Shown piece after piece: positions 40,568 to 50,352 of a stretch of 58,503 nt of DNA. The DNA comes from Clostridia bacterium (GTDB lineage: Bacteria; Bacillota; Peptococcia; DRI-13; PHAD01): contig JAVEYA010000004.1 in the NCBI GenBank assembly GCA_034003745.1, forward strand, positions 1 through 58,503, in the 5' to 3' direction. The notes under the pieces were generated by a model that searched no databases, had not been told where the DNA came from, and saw nothing but the letters and a program-made list of their open reading frames with translations. The translations under genes and the position numbers were made by a program. Position 1 is the first letter of the stretch, and the number at the start of each line of letters is the position of its first letter.

Positions 40568-41593
40568 ATGAAAAAATTAACTGTCGCTGTTGTAGGCGCC
40601 CTGGGCGCGGTGGGGACGGAGATGCTCCGCACCCTTGAGAAATCCTCCCTGCCTCTCCAGGAGATCGTGCCGCTGGATATTGCGGCACATCAGGGCAAGA
40701 CCGTTTCTTTCCGTAATCAGCTGCTGACCGTTAAAACAGCGGAACCCGGCGCCTTCCGGAGTATCGATATCGCCCTTTTTTCCGCCGGGGAGCAGGCCAG
40801 CCTGGCTCTGGCGCAGGTAGCCGTCGCCGAAGGCGCCGTGGTCATCGACAACAGCAACGCCTGGCGGATGGACCCGGCTGTTCCGCTGGTGGTGCCGGAG
40901 GTCAATCCCCAGGCTGCCGGGGAACATCGGGGGATTATTGCCAATCCCAACTGTTCCACCATTCAGATGCTGGTCGCCTTAAAGCCGCTTCATGATCGAT
41001 TTAAAATCAAGCGGATTGTGGTTGCCACTTACCAGGCTGTTTCCGGGACGGGGCTGCCCGCCATCCGGGAACTAAGCAGCCAGGCAAAGGACTGCCTGGC
41101 AGGCAAAACGGTTACGCCGGCCGTATATCCGCACCAGATTGCTTTTAATTGTTTGCCCCATATTGACACTTTTCTGAAGAACGGTTACACCAAAGAGGAA
41201 ATGAAAATGTTCCATGAAACCAGGAAAATCCTGGGGGATCCGAATATTCTGGTCACAGCCACCGCGGTCAGGGTCCCGGTTTTCCGCTGCCACTCGGAAG
41301 CCCTTAATATCGAAACAGAAAACGCCCTGCCTTCTGTAGAGGCAGTCAGAGAACTGCTCCGCGAAGCGCCGGGCGTTGAGGTGGTTGACGATGTCGGTAA
41401 CAATCTCTATCCCCTGGCCTCACTTTCTGCCGGGGCGGATAAGGTTGCTGTCGGCCGGATCCGCCAAGACTTTAGCGTGCCTAACGGCCTGAACCTATGG
41501 GTGGTCGGGGACAACTTGCGTAAAGGCGCGGCTTTAAACGCCGTCCAAATTGCCGAACTGCTGGTGGAGAAAAACTGGCTGAAAAGGGAATAG
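40568..41593 (+). CDS. asd: Aspartate-semialdehyde dehydrogenase
   Basis: 341 aa. VVGALGAVG, active-site IANPNCSTIQ, YQAVSGTG. Confidence 0.95.
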   Translation: MKKLTVAVVGALGAVGTEMLRTLEKSSLPLQEIVPLDIAAHQGKTVSFRNQLLTVKTAEPGAFRSIDIALFSAGEQASLALAQVAVAEGAVVIDNSNAWRMDPAVPLVVPEVNPQAAGEHRGIIANPNCSTIQMLVALKPLHDRFKIKRIVVATYQAVSGTGLPAIRELSSQAKDCLAGKTVTPAVYPHQIAFNCLPHIDTFLKNGYTKEEMKMFHETRKILGDPNILVTATAVRVPVFRCHSEALNIETENALPSVEAVRELLREAPGVEVVDDVGNNLYPLASLSAGADKVAVGRIRQDFSVPNGLNLWVVGDNLRKGAALNAVQIAELLVEKNWLKRE

Positions 41594-41595
41594 GG

Positions 41596-43548
41596 TTAAG
41601 AAACGATACCGCTGCTGCCGAGTTTTCCTATTTTCTCCAGATCATCAGCCACTTTTGACAGGCTGTATTTTTCCAGCGTGGCTCTGGTAGGATAACTGGT
41701 TTGAGGATCCCAGCCATGTATCTCGTAATAATGATCCAGCATTTTCTCAAATTTTTCCCTATCCAGCTTCCATCCGGCCAGGGATCCTGAGGGGATCGGC
41801 TCAAACGTGCGGGCCTGCGGGATATCGTCTTTTCTATCAAAACTTGTAAACTTTAGATTCAAAGCCTTTTCCATATTCAGCTGACGCATCGCGATGGCCT
41901 CCAGGTCCTCGATGGTATATTCCCGACCGATGGCCGCCGATAACAGCTCCGCAAAATCATGGATATTCATATAGCCAAAATTCTGGCAAATGGTATTGAA
42001 GACACATACCCCGGTGCTGTTGCAGATCCTGGTCATTACTTCCGTATGCTGGATCAGCTCCGGTTTCCCCTCGTAGCCGATGGGGTTCTTGATCCGGTTA
42101 TAATCTTTGATGCCGGAAATCTGATAGACTCTTTCATCCTCTATCTCAATGGTCCGATGTTCCCAAAAGGGGGTACCCGTGGTATGGCCGCCGCCCCGCG
42201 TGGAGACCAGCGTCCCCAGCGACCAGCCGTTCGTCCCCCGCAATGTCTCATAAAGGTCTTGCCTTTTGACATGAAAAGCATATTCGCTGCCCCGCCCCAT
42301 CAAGTTGGAAGCGCGGTAACAGCCTTCCGCCAGAATGTTGCCAAATCCTTCCCTGTAACATATTTTACGGATCAGCTCCAGGATGACTTCTTCATTGCCC
42401 CAGGTCAATTCCAGGCCATCCGTATCCTCTTTGGTCAAAAGCCCTTTTTCATAGCATTCCATAGCCCAGCCGATTGCGCCCGATGGTCCTTCCATATCTA
42501 CTCCCATTTGATTCAGATAGGAATTCACCTTAGGTGCGAAGGTAACATCCTCTACGGCCAGTTTAGCCATCAGTCCGCCCATCAGCTCCCATTGCTGCGC
42601 TTCGGTGGTCAATCCCTCATAGCGTCCGTCCGTAATGGTTACATGCCTGGAGCAGCATAGGGCGCAGCCTGGGAAACCCTGTTTGGCGACTTCATATTTA
42701 TCAATCATTTTCTGCGTATTCAACTTCTCATAGATGTCTTGCGGCCAGCTGCAATCCTGAAAATTCTTATAGGAAATGGCGCAGACTTTTTGTTTTACCT
42801 CGTAGTTGTTGCCCAGCGTACCATATTTTCTAAACTTCTCGGTACCTGGGTTATTTTTGATTTTTTCCCGCACTTCGGAAACGATCTTGGCAAACCTTTT
42901 ATGATCAGCCACCTTGATCGGTTTCTTCCCTTTACAGACAATGGCCTTTAAGTTTTTGGAGCCCGCTATTGCCCCGGTACCGCAGCGTCCGATGGCCCGG
43001 TTTTTATCCTGGATCAGGCAAGCGCTCCTGACCAGGTTTTCCCCGGCCGGGCCAATGGACAGGACGTGCAGGCTAGGATCCTGCAGCTCTTCCCGAATGG
43101 CCTCCAGGGTGTCCCAGGTGGTTTTTCCCCAGAGGTTGGAGGCGTCTTTGATTTCCACCTCTTCATCCGTTATCCATAGATAACAGGGTTTATGGGCGCG
43201 GCCTTCCACGATCAGATGGTCATAACCGGCATGCTTGAGTTCCATCCCCACATAGCTGTCCGTGGAACCGGTAGCCCACCCCCCGGTAATCGGTCCCAGC
43301 GTGCTGGCCGACATTTTACAGGCGCCGGGAGCCAGCGTTCCCATTAAAGGGCCGGCAGAAAAAATGATTTTATTGTGAACATCAAAAGGCGTCACCCAAT
43401 CGGGGAGTTCGTCATAGAGTATTTTTACCGCCAAGGCGCCCAGCCAATCGTCATATTGGGCGGAATGGTCTTCTACCGTAACGGTTTTTGTCGTCAGATT
43501 AACGCGCAGGGTTTTACCCGTATAAGCATAGATTTCCGGTTTGTTCAT
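41596..43548 (-). CDS. aor: Aldehyde:ferredoxin oxidoreductase family (tungstopterin enzyme)
   Basis: 650 aa. AFOR N-terminal domain (LRVNLT...), cluster/pterin-binding region with conserved Cys. The stop lies 2 nt from the convergent asd stop. Confidence 0.9.
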   Translation of the reverse strand: MNKPEIYAYTGKTLRVNLTTKTVTVEDHSAQYDDWLGALAVKILYDELPDWVTPFDVHNKIIFSAGPLMGTLAPGACKMSASTLGPITGGWATGSTDSYVGMELKHAGYDHLIVEGRAHKPCYLWITDEEVEIKDASNLWGKTTWDTLEAIREELQDPSLHVLSIGPAGENLVRSACLIQDKNRAIGRCGTGAIAGSKNLKAIVCKGKKPIKVADHKRFAKIVSEVREKIKNNPGTEKFRKYGTLGNNYEVKQKVCAISYKNFQDCSWPQDIYEKLNTQKMIDKYEVAKQGFPGCALCCSRHVTITDGRYEGLTTEAQQWELMGGLMAKLAVEDVTFAPKVNSYLNQMGVDMEGPSGAIGWAMECYEKGLLTKEDTDGLELTWGNEEVILELIRKICYREGFGNILAEGCYRASNLMGRGSEYAFHVKRQDLYETLRGTNGWSLGTLVSTRGGGHTTGTPFWEHRTIEIEDERVYQISGIKDYNRIKNPIGYEGKPELIQHTEVMTRICNSTGVCVFNTICQNFGYMNIHDFAELLSAAIGREYTIEDLEAIAMRQLNMEKALNLKFTSFDRKDDIPQARTFEPIPSGSLAGWKLDREKFEKMLDHYYEIHGWDPQTSYPTRATLEKYSLSKVADDLEKIGKLGSSGIVS

Positions 43549-43563
43549 GATTCATAACCCCTT

Positions 43564-43905
43564 TCATTTGGATTTTAACGCCCCATTGCTGTTCGACCGG
43601 CACTTTCCCACAAATTCTTTAATGATTTCTTTTAATTCAGTACTTTTAAGACAATAGTCCAGACAAAAAGGGGCTTCCCGATCTATGCAGCCGTCACAGG
43701 CCAGCCGGTTCCCTTCCGGTTGTTCCAGCAATTTAATGTCATATCCGCTTCCATCTTTTCTTTCCACAATTTCAATGCCGGAAATCTGATGGTTGAATTC
43801 TCCCGTCAGTTTATATGAACAGGCTATCTCACATGTTTTGCATCCACCGCAGTCATCCATCTTAAATAACACTTCCTGTATCCCTCCAATCCGTTTTATT
43901 GGCAA
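43564..43905 (-). CDS. Small ferredoxin-like Fe-S protein
   Basis: 113 aa. CGGCKTCEIAC plus CDGC...C...C. Confidence 0.6.
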   Translation of the reverse strand: MPIKRIGGIQEVLFKMDDCGGCKTCEIACSYKLTGEFNHQISGIEIVERKDGSGYDIKLLEQPEGNRLACDGCIDREAPFCLDYCLKSTELKEIIKEFVGKCRSNSNGALKSK

Positions 43906-43908
43906 GTT

Positions 43909-45174
43909 TTATAGGTCTTCTATCCTGTTAACAGCCGGTATAATTCTGACCTGATCTCCCGGCGCCAGCGGTCCGCTGCCGGCCGGAATATCGACCAATA
44001 CGTCGGCTTTCACAAAAGAAGAAATAATACTGTTTCCCTGATGATCGCAGAGCTTCACACAAGCCTTGCCGTCTATCACCGCCAATTTGCCGCACAAAAA
44101 GCGCCTGGCCGGACTGGCCTTGGAGAATCCGTCCAGGGTGACGGCGGAAATTGGCTCAGGCAGGCAGCGTTCTTGCCCTTTAAGCTTCTTCAAGGCAGGC
44201 AATACGAGCAAATGAAACATCACGGCAACAGCAGCCGGGTTTCCCGAGAGGCTAAAAATCAGTTTTCCATCCAGCTTCGTAACCGTTGTGGGTGATCCCG
44301 GCTTCATTTTCACTTGCCAAAAAAGCTGTTCAACGCCAAGAAGCGCCAAGGCTTTTTTGACCACATCCGCTTCGCCTACCGAAACGCCGCCCGTCGTTAT
44401 CACCACGTCGGCGCATTTAAGGCCGTTCCTAATATGCCCCATCACAGAGGCCGGATGGTCAGCCGCGGTACCGATAACCTTCGCTGCAACGTGATATTCC
44501 CGGCAAAAGTTCTCCAGTAAATACCCGTTGCTGTTGCGGATTTTCCCGGGAACAAGCTGCCCGTCTATAGGAATAAGCTCATCCCCGGTATTGATGATGG
44601 CAACCCGCGGCAGGTCATAGACCGGTATTTCCGTTATGCCCAGCGCCGCAAAAAGAGCCGCCTGGGCGGGCGTTACCAGGGAACCCCGGGCTGCGATCAG
44701 ATCACCCCGGGTTACATCTTCTCCTGTTCTGATAATATTGCTTTTTGGCTGGAGCGGTTCGGAGATAAAAATGTCCTCTGCGTTTTTTACCGTATCCTCG
44801 TATCTGATTACGGTATCTGCGCCGGCGGGGACGGGAGAACCGGTCATGACTTGAATTGCTGTTTTTGCCGTAATTTTTCGGGCTGAAACCTGCCCGGTCC
44901 GAATCGCATCAATGACCCGCAGGCGGACAGGCGAACGCGGACTTGCTTTTTCCGTATCTTTGGCCCGAAGGGCATAACCGTCTAAGGGGGAACGATCAAA
45001 AGGAGGAATATTTTCTCCGGCGTAGGCATTACGGCTGATAATTCTGTGCAAGGCCATATCCAGCGAGACGGAACACTCCCCGACCGGTTCCAGTTCCTGC
45101 AGAACCAATTCCTGGGCTTCTTCTAAAGAAACCTTTTTTTCTGCCGGCCAGTTGGATGATGACAGTATATTCAC
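43909..45174 (-). CDS. moeA: Molybdopterin molybdenum/tungsten transferase MoeA
   Basis: 421 aa. PPFDRSPLDGYA, TGDEL, TTGGVSVGEAD. Confidence 0.9.
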   Translation of the reverse strand: MNILSSSNWPAEKKVSLEEAQELVLQELEPVGECSVSLDMALHRIISRNAYAGENIPPFDRSPLDGYALRAKDTEKASPRSPVRLRVIDAIRTGQVSARKITAKTAIQVMTGSPVPAGADTVIRYEDTVKNAEDIFISEPLQPKSNIIRTGEDVTRGDLIAARGSLVTPAQAALFAALGITEIPVYDLPRVAIINTGDELIPIDGQLVPGKIRNSNGYLLENFCREYHVAAKVIGTAADHPASVMGHIRNGLKCADVVITTGGVSVGEADVVKKALALLGVEQLFWQVKMKPGSPTTVTKLDGKLIFSLSGNPAAVAVMFHLLVLPALKKLKGQERCLPEPISAVTLDGFSKASPARRFLCGKLAVIDGKACVKLCDHQGNSIISSFVKADVLVDIPAGSGPLAPGDQVRIIPAVNRIEDL

Positions 45175-45683
45175 ACGCCTTCCCTCCTGTTGAATTCGAT
45201 CATGTACTTTTCCAGTTCATCCGCGATTCCGGCTGCGTCGTCGAGAGAGAAACAAGGAATCCCCATCTCCCATTTGACATCGCTGGCCAAGGCAAGAAGC
45301 TCATTCTCCCGGCAAAGCAGTTCCTGATGTATGCCGGCCCGGTATACTTCAATTTTCGGCTTATGCTCATTTTTGTAGCCCTCTGTCAAAATAAGATCAA
45401 CGCCGGTCAGTTTTTCCGCCAGTTCATCAAGCCCATATTCCGAGGACCTTTTTTCGATGACCGCCATTTTCCGCGGAGACGAGATGGCTACGATATCTGC
45501 GCCGGCTTGGGCCAGTATCCAGGTATCTTTACCAGGCCGGTCCATTTCAAAACCGTGGACATCATGTTTGATCACAGCAATACGGTAATTTCGTTTTTTT
45601 AATTCTTTCACAATCTTTTCCAGCAAAGTGGTTTTTCCCACCCCTGATCTTCCTACGACAGAAACTACCGGAATACCGCTCAT
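45171..45683 (-). CDS. mobB: Molybdopterin-guanine dinucleotide biosynthesis adapter MobB
   Basis: Walker A GRSGVGKTTL, then IKH. Start ATG MSGIPVV with AGGAGG 6 nt upstream. Confidence 0.88.
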   Translation of the reverse strand: MSGIPVVSVVGRSGVGKTTLLEKIVKELKKRNYRIAVIKHDVHGFEMDRPGKDTWILAQAGADIVAISSPRKMAVIEKRSSEYGLDELAEKLTGVDLILTEGYKNEHKPKIEVYRAGIHQELLCRENELLALASDVKWEMGIPCFSLDDAAGIADELEKYMIEFNRREGV

Positions 45684-45725
45684 GCTTAACCTCCTACTCA
45701 TAGCCCGGGATAAGCGCCGCCTGAA

Positions 45726-46493
45726 TCATTCTCCGATCAACGCTACGGCGCGGCACCAGCCTGCAGTAGCCCCGGCCAACTTTACCGGCAGAGCTGATAG
45801 AATAAACCCATAGGGTTGAGGAAGTTTTTCTAAATTGGCCAGTTTTTCAATTTGGATGTATTCCCGTTGGCGGCCATGCATATGGGTCCCCCAGAGTTCA
45901 TTTTTATCGCCTGTTTTCCGATAGGCTTCCACCATGGCATTGACCGGACGGTCCAGCGTCCAGGCATCGATACCGATACAGCGGACCCCCCGGTCCAGCA
46001 GCCAATCCAAGCCTGCGACGCCTAACCCTGATTGCATTTTCAGGTAGGTAGCCGTGTCGGTGCCCCAATATTTATCGCACCCGGTATGGAAAATCACAAT
46101 ATCGCCCGGCTTGATTTCATAGCCGATTTTTTCTAAAGCTTCTTGTATATCGGCCGCCGTGATCTCCGCCCCGGGTTCCTTATGACGCATATCCAGAACT
46201 ACCGCCGGACCGAAGCACCACTCCAGCGGAACCTGATCGACAGATTTGGCGGGCTTGCCTTCGCACAGGGGACCATAATGCAAAGGCGCATCAATATGCG
46301 TACCGGAATGACCGCTGCCGGAAATGATATCTGTGGCCAGCGCCATAGACTCCGGAAAATCGGCAGCTTCAACACCTGCAAGTTTGGCCAGGCGGTGCGC
46401 GCCGGCGGTATGATCCGAAAATTCAATCTTCGGTGGAAAAGGTTCCGTCCCTCCATTTTCATGGGCTAAACTCAGGTCGACGATCTTAAACAT
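45726..46493 (-). CDS. Cyclase-family protein (kynurenine formamidase-like metallo-hydrolase)
   Basis: HxGTHxDxPxH motif present as GHSGTHIDAPLH. 255 aa. Confidence 0.85.
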   Translation of the reverse strand: MFKIVDLSLAHENGGTEPFPPKIEFSDHTAGAHRLAKLAGVEAADFPESMALATDIISGSGHSGTHIDAPLHYGPLCEGKPAKSVDQVPLEWCFGPAVVLDMRHKEPGAEITAADIQEALEKIGYEIKPGDIVIFHTGCDKYWGTDTATYLKMQSGLGVAGLDWLLDRGVRCIGIDAWTLDRPVNAMVEAYRKTGDKNELWGTHMHGRQREYIQIEKLANLEKLPQPYGFILSALPVKLAGATAGWCRAVALIGE

Positions 46494-46507
46494 TTTAACT
46501 GTCTCCT

Positions 46508-47212
46508 TTATTCTCCGGCGTTATGGAGTTTGTTTTTTTCGATTTGTTTGATACTTTCGACGAAAACTTTGCCTACACGTTCTTTATGCTTTCGAAATAG
46601 CTGTTCAACTTTATCCCCGTCCCCTTCCATCAATACCTTAATAATTTCTTCATGTTCTTTTAACGATTCCTGAGGTCTTGACTTGGCATAGCTAAAAACT
46701 GCCCGGGTTCTCTCCGCTCCGTCCCACAAGTCAAAAAGCATTCTATACAGACGTTTGTAGGGTGAAAGTATATATATTTTCCGGTGAAATTCCCTGTTTA
46801 AAACGCCAAAAGCTGCAATATCGCCCATTTTTATACATTGTCTCATTTCCTCGAGACAAGTATTGAGTTCGGCAATAATCTCGTCGGTAATAAAAGGCAG
46901 CGCAGTCCTGGCGGCATAACCTTCCAGCAGTCCTCTGACATTAAAGATTTCTTCAATATCTTCAATATCAAACGTGACTACCTCCGCCCCGGCATGGGGC
47001 GTAATAGTTACAAGCCCCTGGGACTCCAGCATGCGGATCGCTTCCCGGACAGGGATCTCCGAGACGCCCAATTCTTGTGCAATCTTCTTTATGATAAGCC
47101 TGGCGCCAGGCTGCAGATTGCCGTTCAAGATATTTTCCTTCAGCACATTAAATACGATTTCAAGCTTGGTTGTTACAAACTGGTCTTTACCGCTAAACAA
47201 AATCTGGTTCAT
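46508..47212 (-). CDS. GntR/FadR-type transcriptional regulator (wHTH + FCD)
   Basis: LNGNLQPGARLIIKKIAQELGVSEIPVREAIRMLESQGLV, plus a helical FCD-type C-terminus. Start ATG MNQILF with GGGAGGA 5 nt upstream. Confidence 0.85.
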   Translation of the reverse strand: MNQILFSGKDQFVTTKLEIVFNVLKENILNGNLQPGARLIIKKIAQELGVSEIPVREAIRMLESQGLVTITPHAGAEVVTFDIEDIEEIFNVRGLLEGYAARTALPFITDEIIAELNTCLEEMRQCIKMGDIAAFGVLNREFHRKIYILSPYKRLYRMLFDLWDGAERTRAVFSYAKSRPQESLKEHEEIIKVLMEGDGDKVEQLFRKHKERVGKVFVESIKQIEKNKLHNAGE

Positions 47213-47244
47213 ACGAATCCTCCCGGCCATAATAAGTAATATAT

Positions 47245-47262
47245 ATCATATATCATATAATA
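47245..47262. promoter_or_regulatory. 18-nt motif ATCATATATCATATAATA upstream of the GntR gene (candidate operator, copy 1)
   Basis: Identical over 18 nt to the reverse complement of 51603-51620. Confidence 0.35.
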
Positions 47263-47275
47263 CTATAACATTATA

Positions 47276-47311
47276 CCTGAAAACTGCGAAATAAAAATCG
47301 CAGTTTTCAGG
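47276..47311 (-). terminator. 14-bp perfect hairpin after the TAXI binding-protein gene
   Basis: cctgaaaactgcga / aataaaaa / tcgcagttttcagg. Confidence 0.55.
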
Positions 47312-47349
47312 TATTTACAGCCGGGCTTTCCGGCTCCCAGACAATGCGA

Positions 47350-48348
47350 TTATTTTTTCTCGTTAAAATATTTTTGGGCGCCGGGATGCAGTTCGATGGA
47401 AGTTTCGGCAAGCGTTGCAGGATCAATCTGGGCGGCAACCTTATTGTTTTCGATCAGCTCATCCAAATTGTCATAAAGCGCTTTGGCGATATTATAAATC
47501 GTCTCGTCGTCAACGTTTTTATCACAGACTAATACGTTCTTGATACCGATTGCCTTAGCGTCCGCATCCAGTTTATAAACATCTTTGGGTACGGTTGTAA
47601 TGGAATAGTACGGAAATTTCTTCATCAGATTATCGAGTTCCGCATCGCCCGGTTGAATAAACTTAATTTTTTTCGTTGCTGAAACCTCCATTACCGCAGC
47701 GGCGGGATAACCGCTTACGGCCAGAGCGATATCCACATTGCCGTCGGATAACTGGGTGAACCCATCCGTATAAGGAAGATAGCTGGGCTTAACATCATTC
47801 ATGGTCATCCCATATTCCGCCAGAACATTCTCCAAAAGACCGATGGTGGCGCCTCCGGCCGGTCCAGCCGCAATTTTCTTGCCTTTAAAATCTGCAATAC
47901 TATTGATGTTCGAATCGCCCATGGTGATAATATGAAACACGCTGGGGTGCAGGTTGCCTACGGCGGCTATGTTCATGGTTTTTTCATAAGGTTTTTCCCC
48001 ATTTGCCGCAAAAAAGGCCAGGTCGGCATTCGTCAGGGCCAAAGCCGACTCCCCCGCGTCAAGCAGCCGGTTATTCTCCAGCGCGCCATTGGTGACCTCA
48101 GCGGTTAACTGTACGGCGTCATAATGCGCATTGACCACATTGGCTACGGCCTGCCCCATGGGATAATAGGCTCCCCCTATTGTCGCAGTAGCGAGTCCCA
48201 TCTGGATCGGAGCAGCAGGAGCCGCAGGCTGATTCGGCTGAGCCGGCTGGGACGGTTGTGAAGAGCAGGCGGTAACACTGAAAACCATCAGCAATACGCA
48301 AAGTAAAATCCCTAAATTTTTTCTCCCCATTTTTGTTCTAATCATCAT
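47350..48348 (-). CDS. TAXI-family TRAP transporter solute-binding lipoprotein
   Basis: Lipobox VTACSS, a P/Q/A-rich linker, then a TAXI core (ATIGGAYYPMGQA..., ELHPGAQKYF). Confidence 0.88.
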   Translation of the reverse strand: MMIRTKMGRKNLGILLCVLLMVFSVTACSSQPSQPAQPNQPAAPAAPIQMGLATATIGGAYYPMGQAVANVVNAHYDAVQLTAEVTNGALENNRLLDAGESALALTNADLAFFAANGEKPYEKTMNIAAVGNLHPSVFHIITMGDSNINSIADFKGKKIAAGPAGGATIGLLENVLAEYGMTMNDVKPSYLPYTDGFTQLSDGNVDIALAVSGYPAAAVMEVSATKKIKFIQPGDAELDNLMKKFPYYSITTVPKDVYKLDADAKAIGIKNVLVCDKNVDDETIYNIAKALYDNLDELIENNKVAAQIDPATLAETSIELHPGAQKYFNEKK

Positions 48349-48442
48349 TTCTTATCCTCCTTTTCTTTTTAAAAGGGCAACGGTTGAACCTGCAAAAGCG
48401 AGCCTTTCCATACACCTCCTTAACCAGCACAGCCGGGAGCAA

Positions 48443-50332
48443 TCATTTGCCGAGCAGTACCGTTTTCCCGGCAGCAGCTTTTCTATGCAGATAAATAAAA
48501 GTTCCTATAATAGCAACCAAACCGGATATATCTGTGATCAGCCCCTGATCTACCAAAAGCAATCCGCCGGTGAAAAGCAATATCCGTAAAGGAATGGAAA
48601 TATCCGTTTTAAAGTAACCGACGATGCTTGCTGCGATTGCGTAAACCCCTAGAATACTCAGCGCCATGGTTCTGGCTATTACAGGCCATGATCCGCTTGC
48701 CAACAGGGAAGGGCTGTAAACAAACATATACGGCAGAATGAAGCTGACCAAGCCAAAACGGAAAGCTGTCCAGCCCACTTTACTCACATCAGCCCCCGCT
48801 AATCCCGCCGCCACATAAGAAGCCAAGGCTACGGGCGGCGTGATGGTGGAAATGCAGCCGAAGAAAAACACAAACATATGCGCTGTTAATAAGGGTACTC
48901 CCATATTCACCAGCGCCGGGGCCACCACCGTCACTACGACCAGGTAAACAGCCGTTGTGGGCAGTCCCATTCCCAAGATGATGGAGGTTAGCATAGTAAG
49001 AAATAAGGCGATAAGCAATTGCCCCTGGGATAAAAGAATAATCAGGTTGGACAGTTTGGTTCCCAATCCTGTCATGGAAATTACGCCGACGATAATACCC
49101 GAGGCGGCGCAAGCGATGGCGATCGTAACCGAATCGATGGTTCCTTTTCTGAAAGCGTCTAAGGTCTTTTCGATAAAACCATAGGAAAAATCTCTCGTGG
49201 CGATAAGATAAACAATCAACATACAAATGATGGAATAATAAGCAGCCTTGAAGGGGGAATAGCCCAGGGCCAGCATGGCAAATAAAGCCAGGATAGGCAA
49301 GATGTAATACCAGCCTGCTCTGATGACGTCAGTCAAATTCTCAACCGCTTCGCTTTTTTCATGAAAATCAATTTTCCCTTTGATTGCCGTTAAATGTACA
49401 ATAAAGTAGATGGAAATAAAGTATAACAGCGCCGGTATGATTGCCGCTTTCATAATACTGATGTAAGGCATTCCCAACATTTCCGCCATAATAAAGGCAG
49501 CAGCGCCCATAACGGGCGGCATAACCTGTCCCCCCGTGGAAGCCACTGCCTCGATAGCCCCTGCGACCTCCGGCTTATAGCCGTTTTTCTTCATCATGGG
49601 AATGGTGATGGAGCCCGAAATCGCTACGTTCCCTGCAGCTGATCCTGAGATCATCCCGGCGAGCAGGCTGAAGATTACCGCGGTCTTAGCCGTGGCTGCA
49701 ACTAAACCCCGGGTAAGGGAAGCCGCCAGCTTGAACATAAATTCGCCGGCGCCAAAAACATTCAGAAACGCGCCATAGATACAAAACAGAACAATATAAC
49801 TGGCGGAAACGCTGATGGGAATTCCGTAAATACCTTGCGTGGAGACATATATGAAGCTGATTACTCTATTCATGCTGTAAGCTTTGCTTTGCAACATCCC
49901 CGGCAGATACTGCCCCAAAAAAGGATAAAGCAAAAACAGCAGCGCTATAATCATCAGCACGTTGCCGACCGATAGCTTGGTGGCTAAGAGCAGTACTACT
50001 ACAAAAATAATACCTACCACGATATCGGTTGAATTCGTGACGCCGCCGCTTTCAATAATGCCCTGCCATCTATACAGAATATAAAACCCGGTGGCCAGGC
50101 TGATAAGAGTCCCTGTTATTTTAATGATCAGATCATAGACGGACGCTGCCTTCTTTTTCGGAAAAAGCAAAAACATAATTGACATCATAGCCATGAGGTG
50201 TATTACTCTGAGCGTCATTGCCGATAACGCCAGCACACCGCTGACATTGAGGATATGAAAGATACCGGTTAGGGTTGCCAGTACTGCTGCGAGTTTCTCC
50301 AAATAGGCATTCAGATTATTAATTTTAAACAT
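48443..50332 (-). CDS. TRAP transporter fused permease (TAXI type)
   Basis: 629 aa, about 16-18 TM helices. Sits directly upstream (minus strand) of the TAXI binding-protein gene. Confidence 0.88.
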   Translation of the reverse strand: MFKINNLNAYLEKLAAVLATLTGIFHILNVSGVLALSAMTLRVIHLMAMMSIMFLLFPKKKAASVYDLIIKITGTLISLATGFYILYRWQGIIESGGVTNSTDIVVGIIFVVVLLLATKLSVGNVLMIIALLFLLYPFLGQYLPGMLQSKAYSMNRVISFIYVSTQGIYGIPISVSASYIVLFCIYGAFLNVFGAGEFMFKLAASLTRGLVAATAKTAVIFSLLAGMISGSAAGNVAISGSITIPMMKKNGYKPEVAGAIEAVASTGGQVMPPVMGAAAFIMAEMLGMPYISIMKAAIIPALLYFISIYFIVHLTAIKGKIDFHEKSEAVENLTDVIRAGWYYILPILALFAMLALGYSPFKAAYYSIICMLIVYLIATRDFSYGFIEKTLDAFRKGTIDSVTIAIACAASGIIVGVISMTGLGTKLSNLIILLSQGQLLIALFLTMLTSIILGMGLPTTAVYLVVVTVVAPALVNMGVPLLTAHMFVFFFGCISTITPPVALASYVAAGLAGADVSKVGWTAFRFGLVSFILPYMFVYSPSLLASGSWPVIARTMALSILGVYAIAASIVGYFKTDISIPLRILLFTGGLLLVDQGLITDISGLVAIIGTFIYLHRKAAAGKTVLLGK

Positions 50333-50352
50333 TTTCCGGCCCCTCCCGTCGC

